A DNA stretch of 64,000 nucleotides from Corallochytrium limacisporum Hawaii (Eukaryota; Protista; Pluriformea): assembly GCA_002811645.1 (NCBI GenBank), contig PDIP01000037.1, positions 7,345 to 71,344 of the forward strand, in the 5' to 3' direction. This document shows positions 1 through 11,051 of this stretch, in pieces; the stretch's first letter is position 1, and every line of letters starts with the position of its first letter. A program made the position numbers and the translations under genes. Below the pieces are notes generated by a model. The model was not told the origin of the DNA. It was given only the letters and a program-made list of their open reading frames with translations, and ran no database searches.

Positions 1-2
1 GT

Positions 3-3000
3 TCCCCACGATCACACGAATATTGCTTGAATATTCTGAAGTCAAGGGTGCGTAACAACGCTGTCGAAGGCGCACAGATGGTGAAGGTTCATGAGGAGAT
101 CATCCGCGATATCAACGAAGACAAATCAAGCACGACAACCATAAGAAATCTGTGCAGCGATCTTCTGCAGTTGATCTCTGGCGATGGCAAGGGTTCTAAA
201 GCTCAGTGTTCCACCCCAATGGCTGCGCATCACATGTTCAATCACTCATCACCCGAACTGATAAGCAAGAGCCCTCCAGGTCCTGCGTTCTTGGCCAGTG
301 CTCAAGCCCATCAAGAGGCTAAGGGGGTCAGTGGATCTGCCGCGGACCGCCTCAGCACCATGTCCACAGAGCAGGAAGAACGTCTTCTCAACTCAGGCAG
401 CTTAACTGGCACAGATGAGGCAACCGGTGGTGATGGACACCTGGGAACTGGTAGTCTCGAGGCGCACGCATCTCGTGATAGGATGGACGTGATGCCGGCC
501 CTGAAGCCATTGACCAAGGCAAAGAGCGACATTGCCATAAGTGGAGAATCTAGCAAGGGTCTTCATAAGCGTACTGAAAGTGCTGGTGGCATCCCAAGTA
601 TGCCTCGTTCTACTGCTTCCGCGTCGTCCTTGACTGGAGTAGGCCGGCGCCCCAACTCAGCCGGGTCTGGTCACGGACGCTTGGATCGTGGCAGCGGGCT
701 GAGCCAGAGCCAACGATCGTTGAGCATGCACTGTGTGTCATCTCAGGGCTCTCTGTCGCACGTGACTCTGCTAGATGTACAAGAGTTTGAAGACTTTAGT
801 GACGTGGCCGTCATTCAGATGACCAGTGCTCGTGCTCTAGAACAAGATTTGCAACACATCTGTGAGGATTTGAACAATTCCAACAAGGATTGGGAGCAGC
901 GGAGTGCGTCTCTAAAACGTCTGCGAGGCCTCGTGCTTGATGAAGGAGTACGGAATCATTCTGTATGGAATGCCAACCTCAAGGACGTGACAGAAGCGGT
1001 TGCAGCCGCAATTGCTGACCTGCGGTCCACGCTTGTGCGTGAAGCCTGTGCTACTGCCTGCTGTTTTGCACAAACTCTTGGTCACAACTACGAGGCCGAG
1101 TCTGAGTTGCTCCTGCCGGCTCTACTGCGGCAGGTGTTTGTGCGGACCAAGATTATAGCCGAGTCTGCTCACGTCTGTTTTGTGCAGCTCATCCGCTACT
1201 GTCAGGGTGGACGCTATATTCCGTTGCTGCACCAAACGCTGCTCAAGTCACGCAGCGCTACTCAGCGTAGCCGTGCTGCTGAGTACCTTTTCTTGATCCT
1301 AGAGGATTGGCCGGCCCGCGAGACTAACAAGGCGCTTGAGAAGCAGCTAGGTCTACTCGTGGAGGCTGTCAAGTCTGGTATCACTGACGGTGATGTACAG
1401 ACCCGCGCGCACTCTCGAATGGCTTTCTGGGCCTTCCATCGGCTGTTCGGAATGCGTGCGGAGACCCTGCTCAATGAAATGGATTTGCGGCAGCAAAAGA
1501 CTTTGTCACAGAGCCGTCGTGAGTACCAGAAGCAGCGCGCTATTCGGGAGGGTGATACAAATGCTGCCCTGGCAACTTCACTCCATGATTCTCCGTCCTC
1601 TGCACAGCCGCAGCAGCTCCGTGCTGCTACTGTAAAGCGGGCTGTGTCCGCCCCGCGATCCCGCACCGCCGCTTCGTTGAACACGGTCCCTTCGGAGAAC
1701 GTGCTGGACGATTCCGCCACCACAACCGGCGTCAGTGGCAAGATCAAGCCTCGCCTTGGATCTCTTTCCACGTTGGCCACCTCGGAGCCTACACCGTCAG
1801 AAGAACCATCGTCTTCTGGAGGCGATGTGGTCCGGTCCGCGGCCACTCCAGTCGCCACGCACAAGGCTGCTTCCATGAAGACGCGGTCGTTGATTTCGGC
1901 AGATCGCCGTCGTGCCAAGGCACAGCGTGCAGGTAACGTTTCTGCAACAGGAAGCAAGTTCGACGCTGCGCCTGTGACCATTGTGGCTGGCGGAAGCCGT
2001 TCGACTCCAAACATTAAAGCGGCAAGCAGCGTCTCTTCTGTCGCCAGTGCTGCTACAGGTACTGCAAGTGGGCCAAGCACGACCACCATCGGACCGCGTC
2101 GAGTGCAAACCTCGAAGCCCGCAGAAAATTTGCACCAGCCGGTGATTAAGGACCAAAGGCCACGATTAGCTGTTGCAGCTGAGCGAGTACCGAAGCACAT
2201 GCCCCCAACCACCAGTGTTACAGCGCCTACTGCTGTCCCCGCAACACCACAGGCTCCCTCTAGCGCCGCAGAGAAGGCTTTGAAACAGGCGTCCGCCTCT
2301 GCAACGACAAGCATAACTGCGGCAAGTGTGAGCAGTGCGAACACTGCTAGCGAAGTAGTGAAGTGGTTGTCTGCCCTACGACCGTTTGCCACTCCGCACG
2401 GACCTCGGGGCACGGGTAGCAGCCCGCGTGCAAACACCGTAAGCGATGGTGCCGTACAAAGCGCTGAGGACACGCTCCTTGAACTAATTGTCGTAGCCCG
2501 AGAGTCCAAGGCAGCGCTGTGGGTCGCCAAGCTGCCGTCTGGAGCGCTGGGTGCTACAGGAGTACGTGCCGTGTCGCCAACAACCAAGGGAGGGGTGTCC
2601 CGATCGCCGTCAACCAAGGGCAGTGAACCGCCGATGACTGTTGGAGTCAGCCTCCTTCGCACCGTCAGCCACATGCTTGTGAGCAGTACTTCAAAGTCCA
2701 AGCTGAGACAGCTATGTCTGCGCGTCCTGCGCAATGTGGCGCGCAGTCCGCCGTTGGTGCAGCAAGTCCTTCTGGCCGGTTGTGAAGGGAACGGAAGTGA
2801 CGGCGGCAACAGTCTGCAAGCAATCAACACTGAAGCGAGTAAGAAGACTGTCCTGCGCCTGGCTGTGGCCAATGCCCTAGCTCAGTACGCCCTGCTGCCT
2901 GAAGACAAGGCTTTGCTGTCCCAGGTTGAGGTCACAATCGAGACTCTCGCGGACACTGTGCCGGCTGAGGCCGGTTTTAGTCTTGCCATTGGACTCCTCA

Positions 3001-3533
3001 CAGACCTCAGTGGGGTGGCTGAGAGCGCCGCAGCGCAAGCATCGACCCCATGCAAGATCCCGGGGCCCTCAACGCAAAGGTCCGGTAACACTGTTGGGGC
3101 GGCCTCTCCGTCGCGAATTGCCGCGGAGAAAGCACGGACCACACGAGTCAATGCGCAGCTGGTTCCTTGCCTTAAGTTTGCGACGCGAGTCGTGCAGAAA
3201 TGCACCCTTGGTCCGGTCACCAAGGACAGTGGCACCCACAACACTTCCCCTGCGCCATCAAATGCGAACCTCTTCCGCAAGGACAGCAGCCTGCTACCAG
3301 CCCTTCTCCGGCCCGCCACTCCACTCTTTCATCACACCAGCACCGAAGTGAGAATGGCGGTAGTGTTTCTGCTAGTCGCCCTCCATGCCGCAGTCGGTGA
3401 CACGCTCATGGGCCACTTGGACGGTCTGAGTGCGAGTCAGAAGCGTTTGTTGAATATTTACATTCGGCGTGCCAAGGATGATCAGCAGCGGCAGAGCCAA
3501 GGTCGTACACTGTCCAGCGGTGGTGTGAACTGA
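3..3533 (+). CDS. CLASP: CLASP-family microtubule-binding protein (TOG/HEAT repeats, S/T-rich linker); 5' end probably outside the window
   Basis: CLASP_N-like segment 'DWEQRSASLKRLRGL...DLRSTLVREAC...TKIIAESA...ITDGDVQTRAHSR.AFW'. C-terminal 'STEVRMAVVFLLVALH..VGD...LSASQKRLLNIYI'. The frame is open from base 3 with no upstream stop. Confidence 0.85.
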   Translation, partial: SPRSHEYCLNILKSRVRNNAVEGAQMVKVHEEIIRDINEDKSSTTTIRNLCSDLLQLISGDGKGSKAQCSTPMAAHHMFNHSSPELISKSPPGPAFLASAQAHQEAKGVSGSAADRLSTMSTEQEERLLNSGSLTGTDEATGGDGHLGTGSLEAHASRDRMDVMPALKPLTKAKSDIAISGESSKGLHKRTESAGGIPSMPRSTASASSLTGVGRRPNSAGSGHGRLDRGSGLSQSQRSLSMHCVSSQGSLSHVTLLDVQEFEDFSDVAVIQMTSARALEQDLQHICEDLNNSNKDWEQRSASLKRLRGLVLDEGVRNHSVWNANLKDVTEAVAAAIADLRSTLVREACATACCFAQTLGHNYEAESELLLPALLRQVFVRTKIIAESAHVCFVQLIRYCQGGRYIPLLHQTLLKSRSATQRSRAAEYLFLILEDWPARETNKALEKQLGLLVEAVKSGITDGDVQTRAHSRMAFWAFHRLFGMRAETLLNEMDLRQQKTLSQSRREYQKQRAIREGDTNAALATSLHDSPSSAQPQQLRAATVKRAVSAPRSRTAASLNTVPSENVLDDSATTTGVSGKIKPRLGSLSTLATSEPTPSEEPSSSGGDVVRSAATPVATHKAASMKTRSLISADRRRAKAQRAGNVSATGSKFDAAPVTIVAGGSRSTPNIKAASSVSSVASAATGTASGPSTTTIGPRRVQTSKPAENLHQPVIKDQRPRLAVAAERVPKHMPPTTSVTAPTAVPATPQAPSSAAEKALKQASASATTSITAASVSSANTASEVVKWLSALRPFATPHGPRGTGSSPRANTVSDGAVQSAEDTLLELIVVARESKAALWVAKLPSGALGATGVRAVSPTTKGGVSRSPSTKGSEPPMTVGVSLLRTVSHMLVSSTSKSKLRQLCLRVLRNVARSPPLVQQVLLAGCEGNGSDGGNSLQAINTEASKKTVLRLAVANALAQYALLPEDKALLSQVEVTIETLADTVPAEAGFSLAIGLLTDLSGVAESAAAQASTPCKIPGPSTQRSGNTVGAASPSRIAAEKARTTRVNAQLVPCLKFATRVVQKCTLGPVTKDSGTHNTSPAPSNANLFRKDSSLLPALLRPATPLFHHTSTEVRMAVVFLLVALHAAVGDTLMGHLDGLSASQKRLLNIYIRRAKDDQQRQSQGRTLSSGGVN

Positions 3534-3852
3534 TGGAACCGTCAAGCCATCGTGCTGCGTGTGACCGAATTCCCGATGATACTTATGGAACAGAAGAATA
3601 ATCGAACCTAATTGTGAGGCACCAACACCTAGCCGTGAATATCCCTTATAAATGATAGAATATTAAATCCAGTCCTTGCCAGGAATGGCCACCGGAGCAA
3701 GATCACACTAATTCAATGAGTCGTTCAAAATGAAAATCTATTTGTCAGTCTTTTGGAGTTTTTGCAGTGGTGTGTTTTGTTTTGCTGAAAAGTGATGGAA
3801 GAGATGTTGGTTTGTGCCATTCCTTTATCGTGTCACACTGCGGATTCGCCTT

Positions 3853-6800
3853 TCATGACATACTCAGGCCAGCGGCCTGCTTGCCAATCACAGCCACTTC
3901 GCAAATCGGGCAGATTTCGCCCTGGTGCTTCGGGTCAAAGTGGCACTGGCAATACGGGCACCGCACCGTGGGGGAACCCTTGTAGATCGCAACATGGTCC
4001 TTGCCGTCAATAACGAACGGATTGAGCGGCGAGTAGTTCACAGGGTTAGCGTCAGAGGGGGCTTTCTCGCAGGCAGCGAGAATCTTGCGGAACTGCTGCG
4101 CGACCTCTGGCTTCGGGCCGAGTTCCAACAGGCGCTTGGCAAAGCTGGCACAAGTCTTAAAGTTTTTAAGCTTGTAGAACAGGTTCGTAGCGGTCCGCAA
4201 CGTCAAGATCAGGTGCACGGGTTGCAATTCACAGTGAGTAAAGTATGCAGCCAGCTCTGCGATGCGGCACATTTCCTGTACATTGGTCTTTGGCAGGTCC
4301 TTTCGCTCCAACTCCATCTGCAGACCGAGGATGTAATTCTGACAGACGCGAACAAGCTGTTGAGCCTCAAGCAGGGCCTGCTTAGTATGGAGACCGACCA
4401 GCATGACGCGGTGAAGAATGTCCCTGAAAGCGGTCACGGACTCCTGGAATTTGCCAGTGGTGGTGAGGTTGTACGCATGCTGCAGATTGTTAACCAAATC
4501 CTCAAGTTTGATACCGACATATGGAAGACCATTGCGAGGACCGGACTCCTGCCAGTTGCGGTGGACATATTTTACCATGGACGGGGCACCAGGCATGCCA
4601 CCGACAGCAGCGCGGCTGGACGAGTAGGTGACCATGAAGAGGGGCTCCAAGGGAGCGAAGCGGCCGATACCTAACTGGGTGCTCAGAATGCTCATGGCCG
4701 AATCGAAGGAACCGGCAGCGACGTGGTCAATCGCAGAGTTCGAATTCTGGGCCCAAATCGTCGAGTACGGGGTGCCCGGGGTCGGTGCCACAAAGACACC
4801 ACCAGCACCGCCTTCCTCACCGAACTCACCAGCACCAACACCGGCGTCGGGGATGTCGGGAATGTCAAGGTCATCCAGGTCATCGTCCCAGCCTCCTCCT
4901 TCGCCACCATCCATGTCTTCAAAGGCTTCTTCGTCATCACCGCCCTCCGGTTTCTCTGCCACGTTGCCTTCATCGTCGAGGACGAGGTCATCATCACCAC
5001 CCCAGGCGCCACCTGCGTCGAGGTCAAGGTCAGCACCGAGGGCTCCAGCTTCTGCAGCAGGACCGGCGCCTCCGGGATGACCAGCCACAGCCTGGCGACC
5101 TCCGGTACCGGCATTAGCGACTTCGCTGGCCTTCGGCACAGGTGCTGAGGCAAAGAACCCTTTGGCAATGGCCAATAGGGGCCATTCTTCCTGGTTTTTG
5201 AGAATTGGGATTGGGGGCCCGATTAGAGTAGCGTTGGGCATCGGGGGTGGCAGTTCGCCGGCGTCCACATTGAGGATCTTGGCGATGCGTTCCTGATCTT
5301 CCTGCAGACCAAAGGTGGCAGCCGTAAGGTATGCTAGGGGTGCCTCACCACAGGACGCTAGCACGCGGACACGCTCCTCCACATCACCTGTAAGGATGGC
5401 AGTGTAGAACCTACCATGGATGTCTTTCCTCATTTCTGCGACTTTCTGGAGCTTCTTGAGCTGATCAAACTGTCCGGTAAGAACGTAAAGGAAGGACAGT
5501 TTCTCGTAACTCTTCATGCGCTGGTAGCACATTTCGACCACCTTGACATTACCCTGGTTCAGAGCCATGTCGGCCAACCGATTCCAGCAAGCAGTGTCGT
5601 CGAGCACTTTGGCACTCTCCAAAGCAACCTCAATGTTGCCACACTCCAGGGCAAGGCTGAAACGGGTCTGTGGGTCCTTCACAAAGTGGAGGGCAACCTC
5701 CGGGTATCCCTTCTTCTGCAGATATGATATGATACTCTGTCCTACCAGTTTTGCGTTGCGCACCATGTACAGGACCTGATCATACTGACGATTGACCAGG
5801 GCATTCTTGAACAGATATTCCGTGGGATCGATGGCCAGCATGCGGCTCCGACCGTCGCGGTCAAGAGAGTATACTGTCGATCCTCGTACCCGGGTAATGT
5901 AGATTGGCATGTCCAGGGTACGGATGATGCCATAGTCACCGCTGCGAAGCATGTACTTGATATGGTTCAAAGTGGTGTACACAAAAATGTCGTTCTCTTC
6001 CCAGTCACCACTCTTGACCCGAACGCTCTCGTGGACTGTCGACAACTGGTCGAGACTCTTTCCGTCGCAGATGGTGACGGCGTGCTTGCGGAGCAAGGCA
6101 AGCATGGAGGAATCGTTGTTCCATGCCACGTATCGCACGCTGGGTACGTTAGTCTCGGCCAGAGGTTTGCGTTGCTGCACATCATAGAGCATGATGGTCT
6201 CCTCATTGCGCAAAAGAATACGGCCCGTTCCCGCACCGAAAATCTTGTCTGCGCCGGTCAGAGGAGCATTTACCTTCTTCGTCACTTCATTCTGCAAGTT
6301 CTTGATGACGATGGAACCATCCTTTTCCAATACAGCGAATCTGTTACGTGCCACCCACACAGCTCCCAAACCGAGACCGCGGCGAGCGTCGAGGGGTTCC
6401 TCACCCTGGCTTGGATCCTTGGGCAGGATGTACAGCTCGTAGCTACCACCCTCGATACGGGAAGTCGCTAGCGCGGCATTCTCAGCTGGGTTATACAGCA
6501 GAGTCAGAATTGGTTGCAGAATGGCGTTCGGCATGCGGCGCATCTGCATGACACTCATGTCCTGTTGGTTCTGGTAGTCAAAGCGGCGAATGACGCGATC
6601 TTTACAGTAGAACAGGGCGTTACCGTGCACACTAAATGCTGGGCGTTCTCGCTCCAACTTGAAGATCATCAATCCACCGTCATGACCAGCAGCGAAGAAG
6701 TTTAGCGTCGGATGGGCAGTAATTATCCAGAAGCGATCCTGCTCCCGGCGGAAGGTCTGAATACAACTACGCTTGGTCATGTCCCAAACACGGATGGATT

Positions 6801-7701
6801 TGTCCTCACTATTCGACAGAATTAGATCCATGGTAGGATGGAACAGCACACAGCTGACATTGTTGAAGTGGCCGCGGCAAGTGTCCACTTCCCAGGCCTT
6901 CGTTTCGCTCATGCGCCACAGTTTGACCTGACGATCATCAGCTGCGGATGCAATGAGAGGCAGAGTCGGGTGGAAGCACACCCAGTTGACTCCACGCTCG
7001 TGTCCCTCCAGCACGTGGCGCACGATGGCATCGGTGGACCCAAAGATATCCTGGTTGCCACCGCGGCCGTCCATGCCACCGCCGTTCATGCCTCCCGGAC
7101 CACCAGGATAGCCAGAGCCGCCCATTCCACCACGGGCAGCCATGGCAATCATTTGCTCGGCATCAAAGCCACCAGCACCCGGCGCCACGGTTTTCTTGCG
7201 CAAACCAGTCACATCCCACACTCGAATTGACATGTCGAGAGATGCACTGACTACCAAGTCATCCCGCGGGTGGAATCGTGCGCACATGACATAGTGATTG
7301 TGGCCGGTCAGCACACAGACGCACTGACGACTCTGCCAGTTCCAGATACGAATAGTCTGATCATCACTGGCACTAAGGATCCAGGGGTACTCATGATGGA
7401 AGCACACTGTCCGAATATAGTCCAAGTGTCCCAACAGGGTGAAGATACACCGCTTCTGTTTGTAGTTCCAGACCTTGATCTTATAGTCATCACCACCGGA
7501 AACAAAGAGTGGTTGACTGGTATGGAAATCAACACCACGCACTGGACCATCATGCTCATCGAACTTGTCGATCAGGGTACCCATACGGTAATCCCATAGC
7601 TGTATCACACCAGTGTGCAGGGAGGCGAGGATCCAAGGACGACTTGGATGGAAAGCTACTCCCTTCACACGGGCACTCTTACTCTCAAATTTGACAAGCA
7701 T
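3853..7701 (-). CDS. COPA: Coatomer subunit alpha
   Basis: Starts [19 protein letters not shown]; WD40 repeats, coatomer WDAD region, acidic linker, C-terminal CPYC..CPIC zinc motif. Single uninterrupted ORF. Confidence 0.98.
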   Translation of the reverse strand: MLVKFESKSARVKGVAFHPSRPWILASLHTGVIQLWDYRMGTLIDKFDEHDGPVRGVDFHTSQPLFVSGGDDYKIKVWNYKQKRCIFTLLGHLDYIRTVCFHHEYPWILSASDDQTIRIWNWQSRQCVCVLTGHNHYVMCARFHPRDDLVVSASLDMSIRVWDVTGLRKKTVAPGAGGFDAEQMIAMAARGGMGGSGYPGGPGGMNGGGMDGRGGNQDIFGSTDAIVRHVLEGHERGVNWVCFHPTLPLIASAADDRQVKLWRMSETKAWEVDTCRGHFNNVSCVLFHPTMDLILSNSEDKSIRVWDMTKRSCIQTFRREQDRFWIITAHPTLNFFAAGHDGGLMIFKLERERPAFSVHGNALFYCKDRVIRRFDYQNQQDMSVMQMRRMPNAILQPILTLLYNPAENAALATSRIEGGSYELYILPKDPSQGEEPLDARRGLGLGAVWVARNRFAVLEKDGSIVIKNLQNEVTKKVNAPLTGADKIFGAGTGRILLRNEETIMLYDVQQRKPLAETNVPSVRYVAWNNDSSMLALLRKHAVTICDGKSLDQLSTVHESVRVKSGDWEENDIFVYTTLNHIKYMLRSGDYGIIRTLDMPIYITRVRGSTVYSLDRDGRSRMLAIDPTEYLFKNALVNRQYDQVLYMVRNAKLVGQSIISYLQKKGYPEVALHFVKDPQTRFSLALECGNIEVALESAKVLDDTACWNRLADMALNQGNVKVVEMCYQRMKSYEKLSFLYVLTGQFDQLKKLQKVAEMRKDIHGRFYTAILTGDVEERVRVLASCGEAPLAYLTAATFGLQEDQERIAKILNVDAGELPPPMPNATLIGPPIPILKNQEEWPLLAIAKGFFASAPVPKASEVANAGTGGRQAVAGHPGGAGPAAEAGALGADLDLDAGGAWGGDDDLVLDDEGNVAEKPEGGDDEEAFEDMDGGEGGGWDDDLDDLDIPDIPDAGVGAGEFGEEGGAGGVFVAPTPGTPYSTIWAQNSNSAIDHVAAGSFDSAMSILSTQLGIGRFAPLEPLFMVTYSSSRAAVGGMPGAPSMVKYVHRNWQESGPRNGLPYVGIKLEDLVNNLQHAYNLTTTGKFQESVTAFRDILHRVMLVGLHTKQALLEAQQLVRVCQNYILGLQMELERKDLPKTNVQEMCRIAELAAYFTHCELQPVHLILTLRTATNLFYKLKNFKTCASFAKRLLELGPKPEVAQQFRKILAACEKAPSDANPVNYSPLNPFVIDGKDHVAIYKGSPTVRCPYCQCHFDPKHQGEICPICEVAVIGKQAAGLSMS

Positions 7702-9519
7702 CGTGTCACCCGCTTAAGAGCTTTTGTGTATATATTTCAAAAGATTTCCGACTAACAACTATTTCAGTGATTGTTACCCGTTTGTTTGATCGGATCAACC
7801 GTCTATCTCAAAGCTGAAAATACATACTTTCTCCCGTTAGCTATATACAGTTGGCTTTCGTTCAGCACGGTCAATAATATTCGGAATAAAATATTTCCGA
7901 TATTATGCCTTCTTAGCACTTCCAAGCTACAAGGCTGTACCTGGACGCTATACCCTTCAAAGCCAGATCGCCGACTGTTTATACAAGATCTGTTCCAACA
8001 AGGCTTGGTACATGCGAACATCTTCTGTGAAATACCAGGGGAATAAAATGTATAGGCCCAGAAACGACCATCGAAGGCACCCAGTGTACATGACGGATGA
8101 AAATCGGGTATGTATTCAAACCAAATAACGAATGATCACTGTCCAAGCTGCGACACATTGTCGACTGCTCCGTGCCCCTCGGACCGGTCACCTACCAAAG
8201 CAATAGAAAAGGGGCCGACCTCCGCCGCTCCGCTCGGCGCCACAATATCGAAGAAACATCCGCCAAACGTTCGCGCAACAAAGGAACTCGCGGGGACCCA
8301 TTTCCCATAGCAAACTTACGGTGGCTTTTTTGGCCCCTTGGTACCAGTTATTGCTTTTTTGTTTTTGCTTTTTCTTTCGCTTCGCCAACACACCAACCCC
8401 CCCCTCCTCCCTCCTTCTCCTGCTCCCCTGGTCGACAAAAACATCTTTTGCTCTTCTTTTGTTTTTATCTCTCAAGCCGGCCCGGTGATCGCTGTACATT
8501 CACGCTACAGACCGCAACCCAGCCAAATACATGCCCCCCTCCCCCTCCCTCTTTCCAATATTGTATTTTTTAGTGCGCGTACGTACGGCCCCTGCTCCAC
8601 CGCCTGCACGGTACATTCAGTACCAAGTGGCCAGTTCCGCCTTTGTTTTGCCTTTCTCCCCCCTCTCACTCCTCTAACCCTCTCCCTTCCCTCCCTCTCT
8701 GTTCTCGGCCCATTCGGCCCGGTGTACCTTGGCGCTTTGCTGGGCTGGTGGCCCTCTATCGCCGTGCAGGTCTGTCTGAAAATTAACTGATAACCTCGTT
8801 TTTTAATTAGATCCGAGAAAGACCTACCACAATGGCCGCAGCCGTGGATGCTTCGTCTCGGTACGTGTTTGCAGCTGAGCAGTGGTCACTGACGATTTGT
8901 TAAGAGCAACTAAGATCAGATGATGGCACTCGTGTGTTCTAGGTTGTAACTATTGGGAAGTTTTTAATTATGGTTTATCGAAGAGTGTCTCCAGAGCTCG
9001 AGTGTCGCATGCAACAACAGGCCGTCACTGATCCAACATCGTCGGTAGGCCAGGTGGCATGTCCGAGACATATGCAAGCACAGCACAGGGCAAGCCGACG
9101 AAGACAAACTTCATGAAATAAAGTTATGCCATGGTTTTTCTTGCAACTATTAACATTATGTCAGAAGTTAAAGAGGTAAATGAGAATGATGTGAGAAATG
9201 CAAATAAAACGAAGGTTGGCCACGTCACATTGTCATTTGATGTCAAACGAAAGTCATGGCCAAATGTCTGTAAGCGGATGTTCGCGATTGATCGCATACG
9301 GTAACAGAGACAGGACATGATGCTGGTGGTGGGTCAAAAGGAATTCATCGTTGCTGAAAATGGTACATGGATGGCTCATGTCAAACTAAGGTGTCATGAA
9401 TACTTTCCATGTTTGCATTTGAAGCATGATATGTGAACACTCCTCTAATCCCATGCAATACATTCTTCTTGTCTCGTGTTCCCGCACTGTGCATAAATTA
9501 AGAATTGATACTTGCACAT

Positions 9520-10396
9520 TTAGGCGACCAGAACGCAGGCACCGCCGACGGCATTGATCTTGCGCTCAGCCTTAGAGCTGAAGTAGCGAGCCTTGACGAT
9601 CATAGGCTGCTTGGGGAGCACACCCTTGCCGAGGACCTTGAAGTAACCGGCCTTGGTGACATCAATGACAGGAACAGGCTCTCCCTTCTTGGCGTTGGCA
9701 TACTTGTCCTTGGTCTCAGCAGACACCAGAGTCCAGAGCTTGTCCAAGTTGATGGTGGGCACGTAGTAGTGCTGGTTCAACTTGTGGAAGTGGCGCATAC
9801 CGACCTTACCGAAGTAACCAGGATGGTACTTGTCCATGTTGATGCGATGATGGTGCTGACCACCAGCCAGACCACGACCACCGGGGTGCTTGCGGTGCTT
9901 ACCGATACGACCGCGACCGGCAGAGACGTGTCCGCGCTTCTTGCGGTTAGCTTTCAGACGAGTGCAAGGCTGTAAATGTAAACAAAACAAAATTAAAGAA
10001 AACAATTGTTAGTATGACCGTTCCATGATATAACTCCCAGTGTTGATTTGGATATTGCTATCCGATTCTGAAGGGTACAGATGTATGCAAAACCGAGTCT
10101 TTCGAAGTAAAAATGGTGGTGTCGCCCAGAGCAGTCAATAACATGATAAAGATGGAAAATAGGTCATATCCAGATGCCAGCAGAATACCAGTGACCTTTC
10201 GTATCCTGTATACAGGTCCCTGTTATAAACCTACGTTCCAAGCCCCAAAACTGTTAGTTTGACGGCAGGCAGATTCTCATGCAAGCCCAGTTTTGCGTTA
10301 CCAATGTACTTCCTGCTACCGCGAATCATTTATTCTTCAGCCCCAGTATGCTGTACATTATTCCCTACAGATGCTATACGCGTGTGTACTTACCAT
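9520..10396 (-). CDS. RPL27A: 60S ribosomal protein L27a (uL15); exon 1 = ATG 10396-10394, exon 2 = 9969-9520
   Basis: [25 protein letters not shown]...[24 protein letters not shown] followed directly by GTAAGT donor; TACTAAC branch site near 10014-10008, polypyrimidine tract and TACAG acceptor restore the frame M-PCTRLK. Confidence 0.95.
9970..10393 (-). other. Spliceosomal (U2-type) intron of RPL27A, 424 nt
   Basis: GTAAGT...TACTAAC...T-rich tract...TACAG; phase 0, immediately after the start codon. Confidence 0.9.
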
Positions 10397-11051
10397 TTTG
10401 AAATAATTATGTGAAGATTGATATGTTTATAACCTTAAGCGTTCTAGGTTCCGCCGCTTTGATCCTTAAGTATGTGGTCTAAAGTAGCACTAACTAGAAC
10501 TGTCCTTGCATTTGTGTATCAGTTTAATAAAGCACCAGTTCCCACCAGCTACTCGAACACAGTGAACAAGTGTTTTGAAGCATGGCCAAACAGTATTACC
10601 ACACCACCAGGGCCTAAGGTAATCCATAGAGGAAGGCTTTGCCAGTGCAGAGACAACTTGGGCAATCAACAGCAGAAGGTGACTCGACCATTGACCTAAG
10701 TCCCACGGCCTTGCTGACTTATTATCGAGCACTGCCAGGAACCCACTGTGGAGCAAGCCAGCCCTCTGGGTCCCAGAATTTATCACGATTCAGTACTGAA
10801 TATATAGAGATACTTCAAGAATAGTACATTACATACGAATTTGTTGAACATGCCCCTAGCTTGGTACAAAATGTTCCAAAATGAAACCGGTTGAGGGGTG
10901 ACAAAACCCAAGCAATTTCGAGAAAAAAGAAGATTTGCTCAGAAGCTCGTAAAATACAGAAAAAGGGAGGGGAAGGTGATGTGTGTGTTTGTGCGAATTT
11001 TGGTTTGTGTGTGTTTTCTGATCGTTTACGGGGGCCTAATAATTTCGTCCC

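Noticed and set aside
1262-2872. 536-aa antisense ORF and many similar overlapping ORFs in the track
   Set aside because: Antisense or alternative-frame shadows of well-supported GC-rich genes; no recognisable motifs.
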